Origin: Bdellovibrionales bacterium
Lineage (GTDB): Bacteria; Bdellovibrionota; Bdellovibrionia; Bdellovibrionales; JAUICD01
Length of the DNA stretch: 64,000 bases
NCBI GenBank assembly: GCA_965262715.1
Contig: OZ253553.1
Coordinates: 2,624,001 to 2,688,000, forward strand
Direction of reading: 5' to 3'
This document shows positions 10,547 to 21,700 of this stretch, in pieces. The position numbers and the translations under genes are program-made. The notes under the pieces were generated by a model. The model was not told the origin of the DNA. It worked only from the letters and a program-made list of their open reading frames with translations, and searched no databases. Position 1 is the stretch's first letter. Each line of letters starts with the position of its first letter.

Positions 10547-10719
10547 TTAACTCATGAACAAGGGTATGGATTAAATAGATCGCTATCTTTTAATATTGGA
10601 CGTATCAATCATATGCGTATTAATGAACCAGAAGGCAAAAGAATATTTATTAACATTCTTAAAGATTCATCATCAAGAAAGGCTTGTTTATTAGCTTTTT
10701 TCCCATGGTTTTAATATAG
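10547..10719 (+). pseudogene. Duplicated 3' fragment of the gene at 6382..7425
   Basis: Closely matches 7261-7430 (LTHEQGYGL..INEPEGKRIF..FFPWF) apart from one divergent patch. Confidence 0.85.
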
Positions 10720-10805
10720 CATTAATTTATATCTAAAGGTTGTTGCCATTTCGCAGGAATTATAAAGACTTAAGTGTTTTGATATAGCCGTAAGCGTTTA
10801 ATTTA

Positions 10806-11900
10806 TCACTGAGTTTGGAATATAGACATTAGAGGCTGTTTTAAGTGGTCTAACTCTTCATAAGAACATAAAAGCCCGTAAAGAGCTAAGTTATCAACAG
10901 GCTTTGGGATTACAATCTGTCTAGGGAGTTTAGGTATTGGAATGCGATTAAAACTGTTATACATCAGAGTATTTGGTGTGTAATTATGACGTAATCCAAA
11001 CGCATGTCCAAATTCATGAAGTATATGGGTTTTTAAGAAACCATGGTTATCGAAGATAGTTGTAAGATCAAAAGAGTATTCTTTAACTATTAAAGGCTGA
11101 AGGTCTTCAAAGTATGCAAGAGGCTCAATGTCCTTTACTCTTGCATTTACTTCTGTGAGGATCAAAGATTGAATATCCTCTCTACTGAGGTCAGGATTGA
11201 AAGTAGTACCACTATCTTTTATCCACTGAATCATCATTTCATAAAAATCGTCACTGCTCATACTTGATAGTTTATTAACAGCTAAACTTTGAAGATCTAA
11301 AACATCCATATCTTCAGAAGGACTGATACCTGCTGCTTCTAAAAGACTGGTAAATATCCAGTGAGTGTGTCCTCTGACAGTATTTTGCTCCTCATATATG
11401 ATAATATCAACATCAGTAATAGGTATGTAATAGTCCGGAGAAATCACATGATTTACTTCAATAAATGTTTCTGTTGCTGTTTTAGTTGATCCGTCTGGTG
11501 AAGTGATACTTTCTACGTTATATTGACTGCGCCAGTAAATGACATTTTTAGAATCTTCTTGATTTCTTGCTGCACTGTGATCAATTTCATCACTTATGCG
11601 AATCATCTCAAGTTCAGCTTTTGTATTCCATTCTGAAGCAGATTCTCCAAAGACATATCTATATTGTTCTGGAATGCTATCATTTAAATGAAATTCAATT
11701 GGTAAATCGTCATCCAAAGATAAAGGATGGCTGGTTATGTGTTTTGGTATGGGTATATTAGGATACTGATCCATATATAAGGTCCTGCCATTATACATAA
11801 AATGACATGGAGGCAAAATAAGATTTGGCTGATTGCTTAAAGCGTGTTGAAAATAAAGGGCAAATACTAAAAATACCACTGACCTACAAGCTTTATTCAT
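10806..11900 (-). CDS. Secreted matrixin-like (M10) zinc metalloprotease, paralog of 5076..6122
   Basis: HEFGHAFGLRH, NTLM; shares LPIEFHLNDSIP..GESASEWN. Confidence 0.85.
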   Translation of the reverse strand: MNKACRSVVFLVFALYFQHALSNQPNLILPPCHFMYNGRTLYMDQYPNIPIPKHITSHPLSLDDDLPIEFHLNDSIPEQYRYVFGESASEWNTKAELEMIRISDEIDHSAARNQEDSKNVIYWRSQYNVESITSPDGSTKTATETFIEVNHVISPDYYIPITDVDIIIYEEQNTVRGHTHWIFTSLLEAAGISPSEDMDVLDLQSLAVNKLSSMSSDDFYEMMIQWIKDSGTTFNPDLSREDIQSLILTEVNARVKDIEPLAYFEDLQPLIVKEYSFDLTTIFDNHGFLKTHILHEFGHAFGLRHNYTPNTLMYNSFNRIPIPKLPRQIVIPKPVDNLALYGLLCSYEELDHLKQPLMSIFQTQ

Positions 11901-12087
11901 GGCAACACCTTAACTGGTTAGAACCCATCCACATTAGAACTTCTATTTTGAGTTTGTAAACCTTTAGCTGAAAGAATACAAGAAGAATATCACATTTAGT
12001 CAATGCCATCACTTGGTTTGCAAAAAAAGACTGTTTAAACCTGCATCCTTTATGTCTAAAGGCATTTTAAATTGTTAAAAGGATAAT

Positions 12088-13557
12088 TTAAATGACAGAC
12101 CCATAATTAGGGGCTTCTTTTGTGATAGAAACATTATGGACATGAGATTCTTTTAAACCGTGTGAAGTGATTTGAACAAATTTAGCCTTCCTTTGTAATT
12201 CTTTAATAGAGTCTGCACCCAAGTAACCCATTCCTGATCTTAATCCTCCAACCATTTGATAAAGAATACCTGTTGTGGGTCCCTTATAAGGCACTCTAGC
12301 TTCTATACCCTCTGGTACAAGCTTATCACTAGAAACATTGGTTTGTTGATAACGTCCTTTAGAACCTTTTTTCATTGCAGCTAAGCTGCCCATACCATGA
12401 TAGACTTTGTATGTTCGACCTTGATAGAAAATAAATTCTCCAGGGCATTCATCTGTTCCTGCTAAAACGCCTCCCAACATAACCGTGTTTGCACCTAGAG
12501 CAAGAGCTTTTGTTATATCACCTGAATACTTAATACCGCCATCAGCTATAATAGCTTTTCCTAGCTTTTTGGCTTTAGCGGCACAACCTAAAATAGCAGA
12601 TACTTGAGGCAGGCCTATGCCAGCAATCACACGAGTTGTGCAAATACTTCCAGCACCTATCCCGACTTTAACAACATCAGCACCCGCTGTGACTAAAGCT
12701 GAAACACCTTCTTCTGTCACTACATTTCCAGCAACAATCACAATGTCTTTTTTCACTTCTTTCACTCTGTTTTTAATCTGCTGCACAAGAGATAAGACAG
12801 CTTTAGAGTGTCCATGTGCTGTATCTACCACTAAAATATCTACACCTGTGTCAATAAGAGCTTCTATTCTTTGTGATGAGTTTTCCTCAATATTCACAGC
12901 AGCAGAGGCAATAAGTCGTCCGTGGCTGTCTTTAGCTGAATCAGGATAAGCTTGAGACTTTTCAATGTCTTTTATTGTAATTAAACCTTTTAAATATCCC
13001 TTATCATCTACAACTGGGAGCTTTTCAATACGATGATTTTGCAACTCTACTTTTGCTTGTTTTAAGTCAGTACCTACTTTTGCAGTGATAAGATTATCTT
13101 TTGTCATAATATTAGAAATAGGCTGATCTAAACACACCTCAAACCTAAGGTCTCTATGAGTGAGTATTCCGACTAATTTCCCTTCTACTATAATAGGCAC
13201 ACCACTAATAGATTGCCTTTCCATTAACAGCATAGCTTCAGAAACAGGTGCGTCAGGAGAGAGAGTTATTGGATCTAAAATCATACCGCTTTCAAATTTT
13301 TTGACTTTTTTCACTTCTGCAGCTTGTTCTTCTACTTTTAGGTTTTTATGTATAACCCCAAACCCACCTGCTTGAGCCATAGCAATAGCCATCTTGTGAT
13401 CAGTCACAGTGTCCATTGCTGCAGAAATAACTGGAATTTTTAAATAAATGTTCTTGGAAAAACAAACTGATGTATCCACCTGGGAAGGAAGCACTTCGGA
13501 ATATTGCGGAACCAGCAAAATATCATCAAAAGTTAAAGCTTGATCAAACTGTTTCAT
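12088..13557 (-). CDS. guaB: IMP dehydrogenase
   Basis: [22 protein letters not shown] pair, [11 protein letters not shown] catalytic Cys. Confidence 0.98.
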   Translation of the reverse strand: MKQFDQALTFDDILLVPQYSEVLPSQVDTSVCFSKNIYLKIPVISAAMDTVTDHKMAIAMAQAGGFGVIHKNLKVEEQAAEVKKVKKFESGMILDPITLSPDAPVSEAMLLMERQSISGVPIIVEGKLVGILTHRDLRFEVCLDQPISNIMTKDNLITAKVGTDLKQAKVELQNHRIEKLPVVDDKGYLKGLITIKDIEKSQAYPDSAKDSHGRLIASAAVNIEENSSQRIEALIDTGVDILVVDTAHGHSKAVLSLVQQIKNRVKEVKKDIVIVAGNVVTEEGVSALVTAGADVVKVGIGAGSICTTRVIAGIGLPQVSAILGCAAKAKKLGKAIIADGGIKYSGDITKALALGANTVMLGGVLAGTDECPGEFIFYQGRTYKVYHGMGSLAAMKKGSKGRYQQTNVSSDKLVPEGIEARVPYKGPTTGILYQMVGGLRSGMGYLGADSIKELQRKAKFVQITSHGLKESHVHNVSITKEAPNYGSVI

Positions 13558-13604
13558 AATTTATTGACCATAAACTTATTGATACTGTCAACTGGTTTAT
13601 GTGT

Positions 13605-14126
13605 TTAATTATACCAAGAAGAAATCAAGATATAATTCTTTGCAGATTCTTCTAAATAGTTAAGTTCTTTTTCAGTTAATTTTCGAATCATACGGCCTGG
13701 TCGTCCTAAAATTAAATGCCCAGGTTCAAATTGAGTTCTCGGTGTAATTAATGTTCCTGCCCCTATAATGCAGTTTGTGGGAATCATAGCCTCATCCATG
13801 ACACAAGAGCCCATGCCAATAAGCGTCTTATCACCAATTTGACATCCATGTAAAACCACAGCATGACCGATTGTGACATCATTGCCTACTACAACTCCAT
13901 AAGAAGATGTGCCATGAAATACACAGTTATCTTGAATATTAGATCTCTCACCGACAATAAGAGGTGCTATATCACCTCTTAAAACAGCTCCATGCCAAAC
14001 AGAAGATTGCTTACCAATACTTACGTCTCCAATAATCTGAGCCGTTTCAGCAATAAATGCTGTTTTATGGATCAGAGGTGATTTCCCTCTACATTCAAAA
14101 ATAAAAGGCTTTTGTCTCTCATTCAT
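13605..14126 (-). CDS. Gamma-class carbonic anhydrase family protein (YrdA-like)
   Basis: AVLRGD, SNIQDN, VTIGHAVVLHGC hexapeptide repeats. Confidence 0.92.
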   Translation of the reverse strand: MNERQKPFIFECRGKSPLIHKTAFIAETAQIIGDVSIGKQSSVWHGAVLRGDIAPLIVGERSNIQDNCVFHGTSSYGVVVGNDVTIGHAVVLHGCQIGDKTLIGMGSCVMDEAMIPTNCIIGAGTLITPRTQFEPGHLILGRPGRMIRKLTEKELNYLEESAKNYILISSWYN

Positions 14127-14150
14127 AGTTCATGCTACTATAAGTAAGAA

Positions 14151-14504
14151 ATGTTGGCAAATTTATTACGTGTATGTAATACAGGTCATAATAATTTGCA
14201 ATATGACCTATTTTTTGATATAGTTTATAGGGAGAAGTGGAAAGTAGAGATTTCAAAAAGAATAGCAAAACAGGTGATTAAACTTCCCAAAATAGTTAAA
14301 GAGAATCTCATTAAGCTTATATTAGAGATCGAGATATTGGGTCCTGTTAGAGGTCATTGGAAAAATTATGGCAAATTGGGAAAAAATAAACATCATTGCC
14401 ATATAAAGGTGGGACATCCCACTTACGTTGTTTGTTGGAAGATAAAAAAAGAAAAAATAATTGAGGTTTATTATGTCGGAACCCGTGAAAAAGCACCTTA
14501 TTAA
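14151..14504 (+). CDS. RelE/ParE-superfamily toxin; start codon uncertain
   Basis: WKVEISKR..GP....WKNYGKL...HHCH.....PTYVVCW..IEVYYVGTREKAPY; overlaps the downstream XRE gene. Confidence 0.75.
   Translation: MLANLLRVCNTGHNNLQYDLFFDIVYREKWKVEISKRIAKQVIKLPKIVKENLIKLILEIEILGPVRGHWKNYGKLGKNKHHCHIKVGHPTYVVCWKIKKEKIIEVYYVGTREKAPY
14183..14224 (+). promoter_or_regulatory. Sigma70 promoter with overlapping operator for the TA module
   Basis: TTGCAA-17-TATAGT (14196-14224); inverted repeat AGGTCATA..TATGACCT (14183-14209). Confidence 0.7.
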
Positions 14505-14850
14505 AGACGGAAGAGTCTCTATTTGGATTGGAGATAAAAATGCAAAATTATATCTTCTCCCTAAAAAAAAGGCAAAAGCTCTTTCTTCTATGTTAGAAGA
14601 ATATGAAAGTAAAGGATCTATACCCTGGAGAGATGTTTTAGGTGATTTTATTAATGAAACAAGTCAACAGGCAGTTGTTTTAAGAGCTTCAAGGCGTGAG
14701 AAAAAGATATCTCAAAAAGAGCTAGCAAAGATATTAAAGGTTGATCAATCATTCATTTCTAAGATTGAAAGTGGTACAAAGAGTATAAGCAAACCTCTTG
14801 CTAAAAAATTGGCAAAAATTTTTAATACAAGTTATAAAATCTTTCTTTAA
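14461..14850 (+). CDS. XRE-family HTH antitoxin
   Basis: LRASRREKKISQKELAKILKVDQSFISKIESG. Confidence 0.85.
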   Translation: MRFIMSEPVKKHLIKDGRVSIWIGDKNAKLYLLPKKKAKALSSMLEEYESKGSIPWRDVLGDFINETSQQAVVLRASRREKKISQKELAKILKVDQSFISKIESGTKSISKPLAKKLAKIFNTSYKIFL

Positions 14851-15014
14851 TTTTCTAATTTGCAATTATTTGAAATAGTTTAGGTGAGTGCTTATGACAT
14901 ATAATCGATATTTTTTTGTTCTATAAAATTTGATAATGCTAAGAGGTTTTCTTAGTAGATGTGAAATATAAGCTCTAAGTTTTTGTTGGTACAGTTTGCT
15001 TATCTAGGAGTATT

Positions 15015-15986
15015 ATGATAAAGAAGTGCATTATGAAAAAATTATTTATTTTTAATAGTTTGGTTATTTTAAGTTTACACACTCTAACTTTCAGTGCTGA
15101 GATGACTGATCAGGAACTTGATCAATTTGTCTATAGATATTTAAATGATTATAATGAAAAAGAGTCCCATTGTCGTGATGGATATTGCTATTATCTTTCT
15201 TTAGAAGGTATGATTAAGATAGAAGAAAATGCCGCAAAAGCAATTGTCAAATCTTTATTAAGGGAACATGAGGTACTTGAGGACTTGGCAGAGATTAGAA
15301 CAAGCCCTGAACTTTTACCTTATCTAGAAAAGTATAGATCTTTAAAGGTAGAATCAACAGGGAGACCAATACAACCAGATATTAAAATAGTTTTTGCAGG
15401 AGATGGATCACAAGTAGGTGGTTTTTGTGATTTTTCAAGCGGTTTAGTTTTTATTCAGCCTATTATTGGAAGTTGTTTTCAAAATGATGCTTATTCTACT
15501 GAGTTTTTAATTTTTCATGAATTAACGCATTGTGATTTAGGGAGGCATCATAGTGATTATTATGATGATGCCAAAGATGATAATATTGATTCTTCTGGTT
15601 TTTTCTCTTTTATGAATTTAAAGTTACTGGATATCTTAAGCAACAATTCATGTGATGAAAGATTCAGTATAGAAGATGACAGTCAACGGCATTTGCTATC
15701 AAATATTGATAGAAATCATGTTGAAGCAAACTTTGGACAGCTTTATGCAGAACTTTTTACGAAAGATCAATTCTATCATGATGATGGTTTCCATATACGT
15801 TATTACTCTTATTTGTCATACTCCTCCTTCACAGATGATTATAGAAGCGAGGCAGAAAGCTATGCAGAAAGAGATATAGAAGAGGAAAGGGCAATAGAAG
15901 AAGAGAAGGACTTAAGTGAATTCACTAATATTGTTAGGAATGATCTTTTGAGGTATAAGCAGTTATTTCAACAACTTGCTGAATAA
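15015..15986 (+). CDS. Secreted zincin-like metalloprotease
   Basis: Signal peptide; LIFHELTHCDLGRHH, SFM. Confidence 0.7.
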   Translation: MIKKCIMKKLFIFNSLVILSLHTLTFSAEMTDQELDQFVYRYLNDYNEKESHCRDGYCYYLSLEGMIKIEENAAKAIVKSLLREHEVLEDLAEIRTSPELLPYLEKYRSLKVESTGRPIQPDIKIVFAGDGSQVGGFCDFSSGLVFIQPIIGSCFQNDAYSTEFLIFHELTHCDLGRHHSDYYDDAKDDNIDSSGFFSFMNLKLLDILSNNSCDERFSIEDDSQRHLLSNIDRNHVEANFGQLYAELFTKDQFYHDDGFHIRYYSYLSYSSFTDDYRSEAESYAERDIEEERAIEEEKDLSEFTNIVRNDLLRYKQLFQQLAE

Positions 15987-16095
15987 CAAAGGCGGTAATT
16001 TGACTGATGACCTTATAAAAACCCATCTAATCATTTGATTAAAACTTGTAGTTAAATATCATTTAAAAGTAATAAGACTTAATAAAGAAAATAGT

Positions 16096-17409
16096 CTATG
16101 CTATTTTTTCGCCTTTAAAAGTTTGTGGGAAGGCTTGGTGAATTTTGACACGTAAGGTTTGACCAATTAAGCTTTTATCTCCTTTAAAATGTACAATTTT
16201 GTTTTGAGTGGTACGCCCTGACGCTATTTGATTTTTCTCCTCAAAACTTTCAACAAGTACATTCTCAGAAGTATTTTCATAACGTTTCACCAGTTGAAAT
16301 GCTATTTTATTGTGTTTTTCAAAGAGTCTCTGAAGCCTTTCTGACTTTTCCTCTTCTGGAACTTGATTGTCATATTGAGCAGCTTTGGTAAAAGGACGTG
16401 GACTGTATTTAAAAGCAAAAATAGATTCAAAAGGCACATGATCTAATAATGTAAGTGTATCTTGAAATTGAGCGTCTGTTTCTCCAGGAAACCCTACGAT
16501 TAAGTCTGTGGATAGAGCAACTCCAGGCAATTCATCTAAAATCATCTCAATTTTTCTCAGATATTCCTCCCTAGTATAACCACGATTCATTCTTTTAAGA
16601 ACCTCAGAGTTACCTGATTGTACTGGTAGGTGAATGTAATCACAAATGCGAGGTCGATATTTGGCCATAACCTTCACAAGGTCCTTGTCAAAATCTTTTG
16701 GATGACTTGTTGTATAGCGAATGCGTTCAATAGTGGTTTTTTCACAAATCTCTTTTAAAAGATCTGCAAAACCTGTATTTGAATCTGCACAGTAAGAATT
16801 AACATTTTGACCTAGAAGCGTTACCTCTGAGATTCCTCTTTGAATCAAACTGTTAATATCCTCTACTATGTGGGAGATAGGACGGCTTCGGAGTCGTCCT
16901 CTGGTAAAAGGTACGACACAAAAAGTACAGAAATTATCACATCCTTTTGTAATATTGATAAAAGTAGAAACACCTGGATTTTTAATCAATGTTTGAATTT
17001 CATAAGGCTTGCGAGGATAAAGACGAGCGCCGCAAACACGCTCCTTTTGAGATAATATTTCTGGAAGTTCATCAATATTGTCCGGCCCAAAAACAAAATC
17101 TAAAAGAGGAATATCTTTAAGTAGCTTTTTCTTTTCTTGCTGACCAACACATCCTCCCACACCAATACGTAAATTCTTATTTATTTTTTTTAATTGTTTG
17201 TATCTTCCTACTTCACTGTGAACTTTGTGAACAGGTTTCTCTCGAACACTACAAGAGTTGATGATGATCAAGTCAGCCATATTAGGAGATGGTACAGGCA
17301 TGTAATTTTGCATTTCTAAAATAGCATACATGCGATCTGTATCATTGACATTCATCTGACATCCATAGGTGGAAATATAGACGCCCTTATATAAACTTGG
17401 AGAAGTCAT
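16096..17409 (-). CDS. miaB: tRNA-i6A37 methylthiotransferase
   Basis: TYGCQMN, CDNFCTFC radical SAM motif, C-terminal TRAM (GRT). Confidence 0.97.
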   Translation of the reverse strand: MTSPSLYKGVYISTYGCQMNVNDTDRMYAILEMQNYMPVPSPNMADLIIINSCSVREKPVHKVHSEVGRYKQLKKINKNLRIGVGGCVGQQEKKKLLKDIPLLDFVFGPDNIDELPEILSQKERVCGARLYPRKPYEIQTLIKNPGVSTFINITKGCDNFCTFCVVPFTRGRLRSRPISHIVEDINSLIQRGISEVTLLGQNVNSYCADSNTGFADLLKEICEKTTIERIRYTTSHPKDFDKDLVKVMAKYRPRICDYIHLPVQSGNSEVLKRMNRGYTREEYLRKIEMILDELPGVALSTDLIVGFPGETDAQFQDTLTLLDHVPFESIFAFKYSPRPFTKAAQYDNQVPEEEKSERLQRLFEKHNKIAFQLVKRYENTSENVLVESFEEKNQIASGRTTQNKIVHFKGDKSLIGQTLRVKIHQAFPQTFKGEKIA

Positions 17410-17429
17410 AGCTTTAAACCTCTATCTTT

Positions 17430-18518
17430 TTATGTCTCAGACCTTTCATCAGAAAATGGAATATGATCATCTTCCAAATGGGCATCTTTATGACTGTCCT
17501 GATAATCTGATGTATGCTCTGAAGCATGAGCGATTTCTAACTCTTGAAGGGTTATAGTAAAATCTCTTTCTGTACTTAAGTTTTTTCTTATCATGTCTAA
17601 AAACTTGTCAGGGTATCTGTTTGTGATCTCTTGAATAAACTTTTCTAGCTTACTACCTTCTAGAATCTTCTTTTTACGCTGTATGAGATCCCATAATGAA
17701 ATATAGTGATGACGGCAATAAATACCTGTTGTGGCGACTTGATCACACTCTTTATGGTGGCAAAATTGTTTGCCCTCTGCATTTGTTAAAACCACTTGTT
17801 CATTATGGAAAGCAGCTTCAATAGCATCATAAGATGTTTCTTTGTCTTTCTTTTTCTGTGATATAGAGTCAGTTTTTGGCTGAGAAGTTATTAAAGCTTC
17901 TGCTTTTGGAGATACAGTTTGTTCACTCTTCTTAGGTAAGTGGCTTAAATGTTTCTGAGTAGCTTTTTGTGGACTTTTATGTATAACTTTTGATTTGCTT
18001 TCATGAAGTTCTTTCTTTGTCTTTTTTAGTTTGTCTTTAACTTTAGGTGATGCAGTCTTTTTCAGTGGAGCTTTTTTTGGAATTGTTTTTTGAGTTGTTT
18101 TTTGAGTTGTGGCAAGAGTTTTTTTCAATGACTTTGTATCACTTTTGGATACCTTGGTTAAAGTGGATTTCTTAATACTTTTAGGTTTTGCAAGGTTAGC
18201 CTTTTTAGCTTTGACAGTGGTTTTTTTAGATGAGGCTTTTTTAATATTAGATGTTTGTATTTTTTTCGTAGTTTTAACCTTCTTTTTAACAGAAAGAGCT
18301 TGAGAAGTCTTTGACTTATGAGGTTTTGCTACCTGCTTTTTTTTGTGTTTTGATGAAGATGTGACTTTTTTGCTCTTAGCCTTTTTAGATGCTGTGGTTA
18401 CAACTTTGTTTGTTGATTTAGACTGAGCCTTTTTTATCTTTTGTTTTTTTTTGCTAGATTGGGCCATATTAAGTGATCTCCCTAATAAATATACATTATT
18501 ATGGTAACTCATTACCAA
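17430..18518 (-). CDS. Lys/Ser/Thr-rich histone-H1-like protein with a C-terminal Cys/His domain
   Basis: About 200 aa of K-rich low complexity, then FCHHKECDQ..YCRHHY. Confidence 0.7.
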   Translation of the reverse strand: MVMSYHNNVYLLGRSLNMAQSSKKKQKIKKAQSKSTNKVVTTASKKAKSKKVTSSSKHKKKQVAKPHKSKTSQALSVKKKVKTTKKIQTSNIKKASSKKTTVKAKKANLAKPKSIKKSTLTKVSKSDTKSLKKTLATTQKTTQKTIPKKAPLKKTASPKVKDKLKKTKKELHESKSKVIHKSPQKATQKHLSHLPKKSEQTVSPKAEALITSQPKTDSISQKKKDKETSYDAIEAAFHNEQVVLTNAEGKQFCHHKECDQVATTGIYCRHHYISLWDLIQRKKKILEGSKLEKFIQEITNRYPDKFLDMIRKNLSTERDFTITLQELEIAHASEHTSDYQDSHKDAHLEDDHIPFSDERSET

Positions 18519-18706
18519 AAATACAAGAACAAATCAATAAATATCTAAAACTTAAATAACTAACTTTATGCAACTTTTGTAATTTTAAGAGATTTGTTGT
18601 TGTTTATTGATTTATCTAAGTTAAATCTTGATGAATTGCCATCTTTTGAAATCTGGGAAACCGGGAGATCGAAGAACCGGAATACCGTGAAATAAGATGA
18701 TGTTTT

Positions 18707-21700
18707 TTATAACATATCCACTGAAACCATCTTGGAAATACCTTTTTCTTCCATAGTAATGCCATATAACTTTTCACAGACCTCCATCGTGTGTTTATTG
18801 TGGGTCACTAGTATGACTTGTGAATACTTGGACATTTCTCTTACCAAGTCATTAAACCGGGAGACATTTGCATCATCAAGAGGAGCATCTACCTCATCTA
18901 ATATGCAATAAGGGGAAGGTTTCACTAGAAATATAGCAAAAATGAGTGAGACAGCTGTTAAAGCTTTTTCTCCTCCTGAAAGCAGGCTCACATTTTGCAA
19001 TCTTTTACCAGGAGGACGTGCTGTGATGGTGATGCCTATGTCTTCCTTCTCTTTTAAATCTATCAAGCCTAATGAAGCTTCTCCTCCACCAAATAAAGTG
19101 GGAAATACCTTTTGAAATCTCATATTTACAGCTTCAAATGTATCTTTAAATCTCTGGCTGCAAATTTTATTGATTTTATCAATAACCTTACCCAGCTCGT
19201 CCTTTGCTAATATCAGATCTTCTTTTTGTTGTGATAAGAACATATATCTGCTATTGACTTCATCATATTCTTCAATGGCACCGAGATGAACAGTTCCCAT
19301 TTTATTCAATTGAGCGCGTAGAGATTCTAATTTTTCCTTTGTTTCATCCCAATCAATATCATCCCATTTTATGGATTCATTTTGTTGCTCGTCTTTTTGA
19401 TGAATCCCTTTATCTAAAATATCATTATTTTCACCATTTTTATACTTTATTGCTATACTTTGGATATCCACTAAATAACGCTCTTGAATGGTTTCTGTAA
19501 GCGTGTTCATCTTGAGTTCTAATGTGTTTATTGTCAGAGATAAGTCATTTCTCTTAGATTGTATTTGATTAGATTCTTTTCTTAAATTTGATAATTGCTT
19601 GTCTATTTCCTCTATTTCTGATCTTGATATTTCATATTGATTTTGAATTTTAGAAAGGGTTTCTTGCTTGTTTTGCTGTTCTGTTAGAAGCCCTTGTAAG
19701 GTAGCTTGTTCCTTTTTATGTTTTTCTTGATTGTCAGTATAAGTCTGAGTATTTTTTTGCTCTTCTTCTATCAGATGAGTCATTCGATCTGATGTTTCAT
19801 CGAGTTGTTTTTGTATTATCTCTTTTTGATGGCTTTTGCCTTGTGCTTCTTGAGTGCGAGCTACAGAATCAACACGTAATTGATGAACCTCTTGCCTTAA
19901 AGCATCTAGATGCTTCTGGCTCATAGATATATGTTCAGTCAGTTTTTGAATTTCAGAGTCTATATCTTGTTTCTGGTAGTTTGATGTTTCTAGTTCCTTT
20001 GTTAAAGAGTCTATTTGTTCTTTTTGTGATAACTTTTGTGTGAAGAGACGGTCGACTTCTTTATTTTGCTTTTCAAGGAAATCTTTACTATCTGTTAATT
20101 GTTTAGATATTCTTTCTAAGTCCTTTTTTAATTCGACAACCTTTACTTCTTGTTGCAGATGACTTTTTTGAGTCCGTTCAAAATCCTTTTCCAAATCATT
20201 AAGTCGCTTTTCTGTTGTTTTTAGCTGAGCCTCTTCTAATGTTAACTGTTTTTCATAAGTTGTTTTTTGCTCTAAGACTTCTTTCATTTCTCTACGTAGT
20301 TTTAATCGACCAGAATCTAAATCATCAGATGTACCTCCCATCACTATGTGATTTGGAAAAATTGTATCTCCATCCAAAGTTACAAAAGTCCAATCAGGGT
20401 ATTTTTGAGATAAGTCTAATGAAATAGAATTGACAATAGCTACTTTGTATAAAAGTGTATCAACACAGGGCTTATATTTTTCATCTGTTGAGACAAAGTC
20501 TTTTAATAAACCAATGACAGAATCTTCTTTGATCATATCAAAAGAAGGTCTGTCTATTGATGTGTGTAAGAAGCTAGCGCGTCCACATTGATTTTGCTTT
20601 AGAAAATCTAGTGCCCTGAAAATGTCGTCCATAGATTTTGCTAGAACTGTTTGCAGATTTGTTCCTAAAACAGCTTCTAATGCAAGCTCGTATTTAGTAG
20701 GAACATCTATAATATCTGCTACTGGAACAAAAGGTGATTCTTTTGGTTGTTCTAAAGCGTTTGGGTCTTGTATCTGTTGTTGTTTCCATATCAATATCTC
20801 TTTGACTCCCTTCTGAAACCCTTCAAAGTTTCTATATAAGTCTTCTAGTGCATTTAACTTACTTGCTAGTTCATTCTTGCTATTTTTCAATTGATCTGTT
20901 TTTTCTTTTTGCTCTGTAAGAGAACTTAGCAAGTGATCTTTATCTGTTTTAAAACCTTCTATGTCAGATGTTAGGTTTAATTGAAGTTGCCTGGCACCTT
21001 CAAGCTCGCGCTCAACAGAATTTTGAACCTTTGCAAATTCTTTATCTTTAGTTATAAGATTTTCTAAAAGAGATTGAGCTTCATCTTCTTGTATTTGATA
21101 CTCTTCTTGTTTTGTTTGAAGAGATTGAATTTGCACTTCGAGCTGAATATTTTTTTGCTGAAGTTTCATTAATTCTTCTTGTTTTTGCTTAAGACTTTTT
21201 TCATCTTCCTGCAATTGTGATTGATTGTTCTCATATTTGGTATTCAATGTGTGGTAAAGAGATTCTATACGATGAGCTTCTTTTTGAAGGGTTTCATGAG
21301 AGTTACTCAGTTCTTGGAGGTTTTTTTGTAAGACTTCTTTTTTGCTTTGAGTTTCAGATATAAGATCAGAATGTAGGATTTCTTGTTTTTGAGATTGCTC
21401 TATGTGAAACTCTAGCCCTTGAATAAGGGTTTCTTTTTCTCTCACAATCTTTCTTGTATCCTCAATAGATTGTTGTTGTGTTTCTATTTTCTTTTCACAT
21501 TCTAATTGGGAAAGTTTTTTTATTTCTCTTTGCTTTTCAGCTCCTAATATTTGATTTTGAAAGTGCATTTCTTTATCACTTATGTCTTGTGATAAAGATT
21601 GAGTTGATGTGTATTTTTCTTTTAAGTCTAAAAAGTCTTTTGAAGAAATTAATATATCTTGTTTTTCTACTTTTTCCTGAAGTCTCTTATATTGATTGGC

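Noticed and set aside
12617..12949. Short ORFs antisense to or nested in guaB, smc, asnB, dsbD and others
   Set aside because: Shadow frames of well-supported genes.
18081..18110. TTQK repeat shared with the AlbA protein linker
   Set aside because: Different codons in low-complexity sequence; coincidental.
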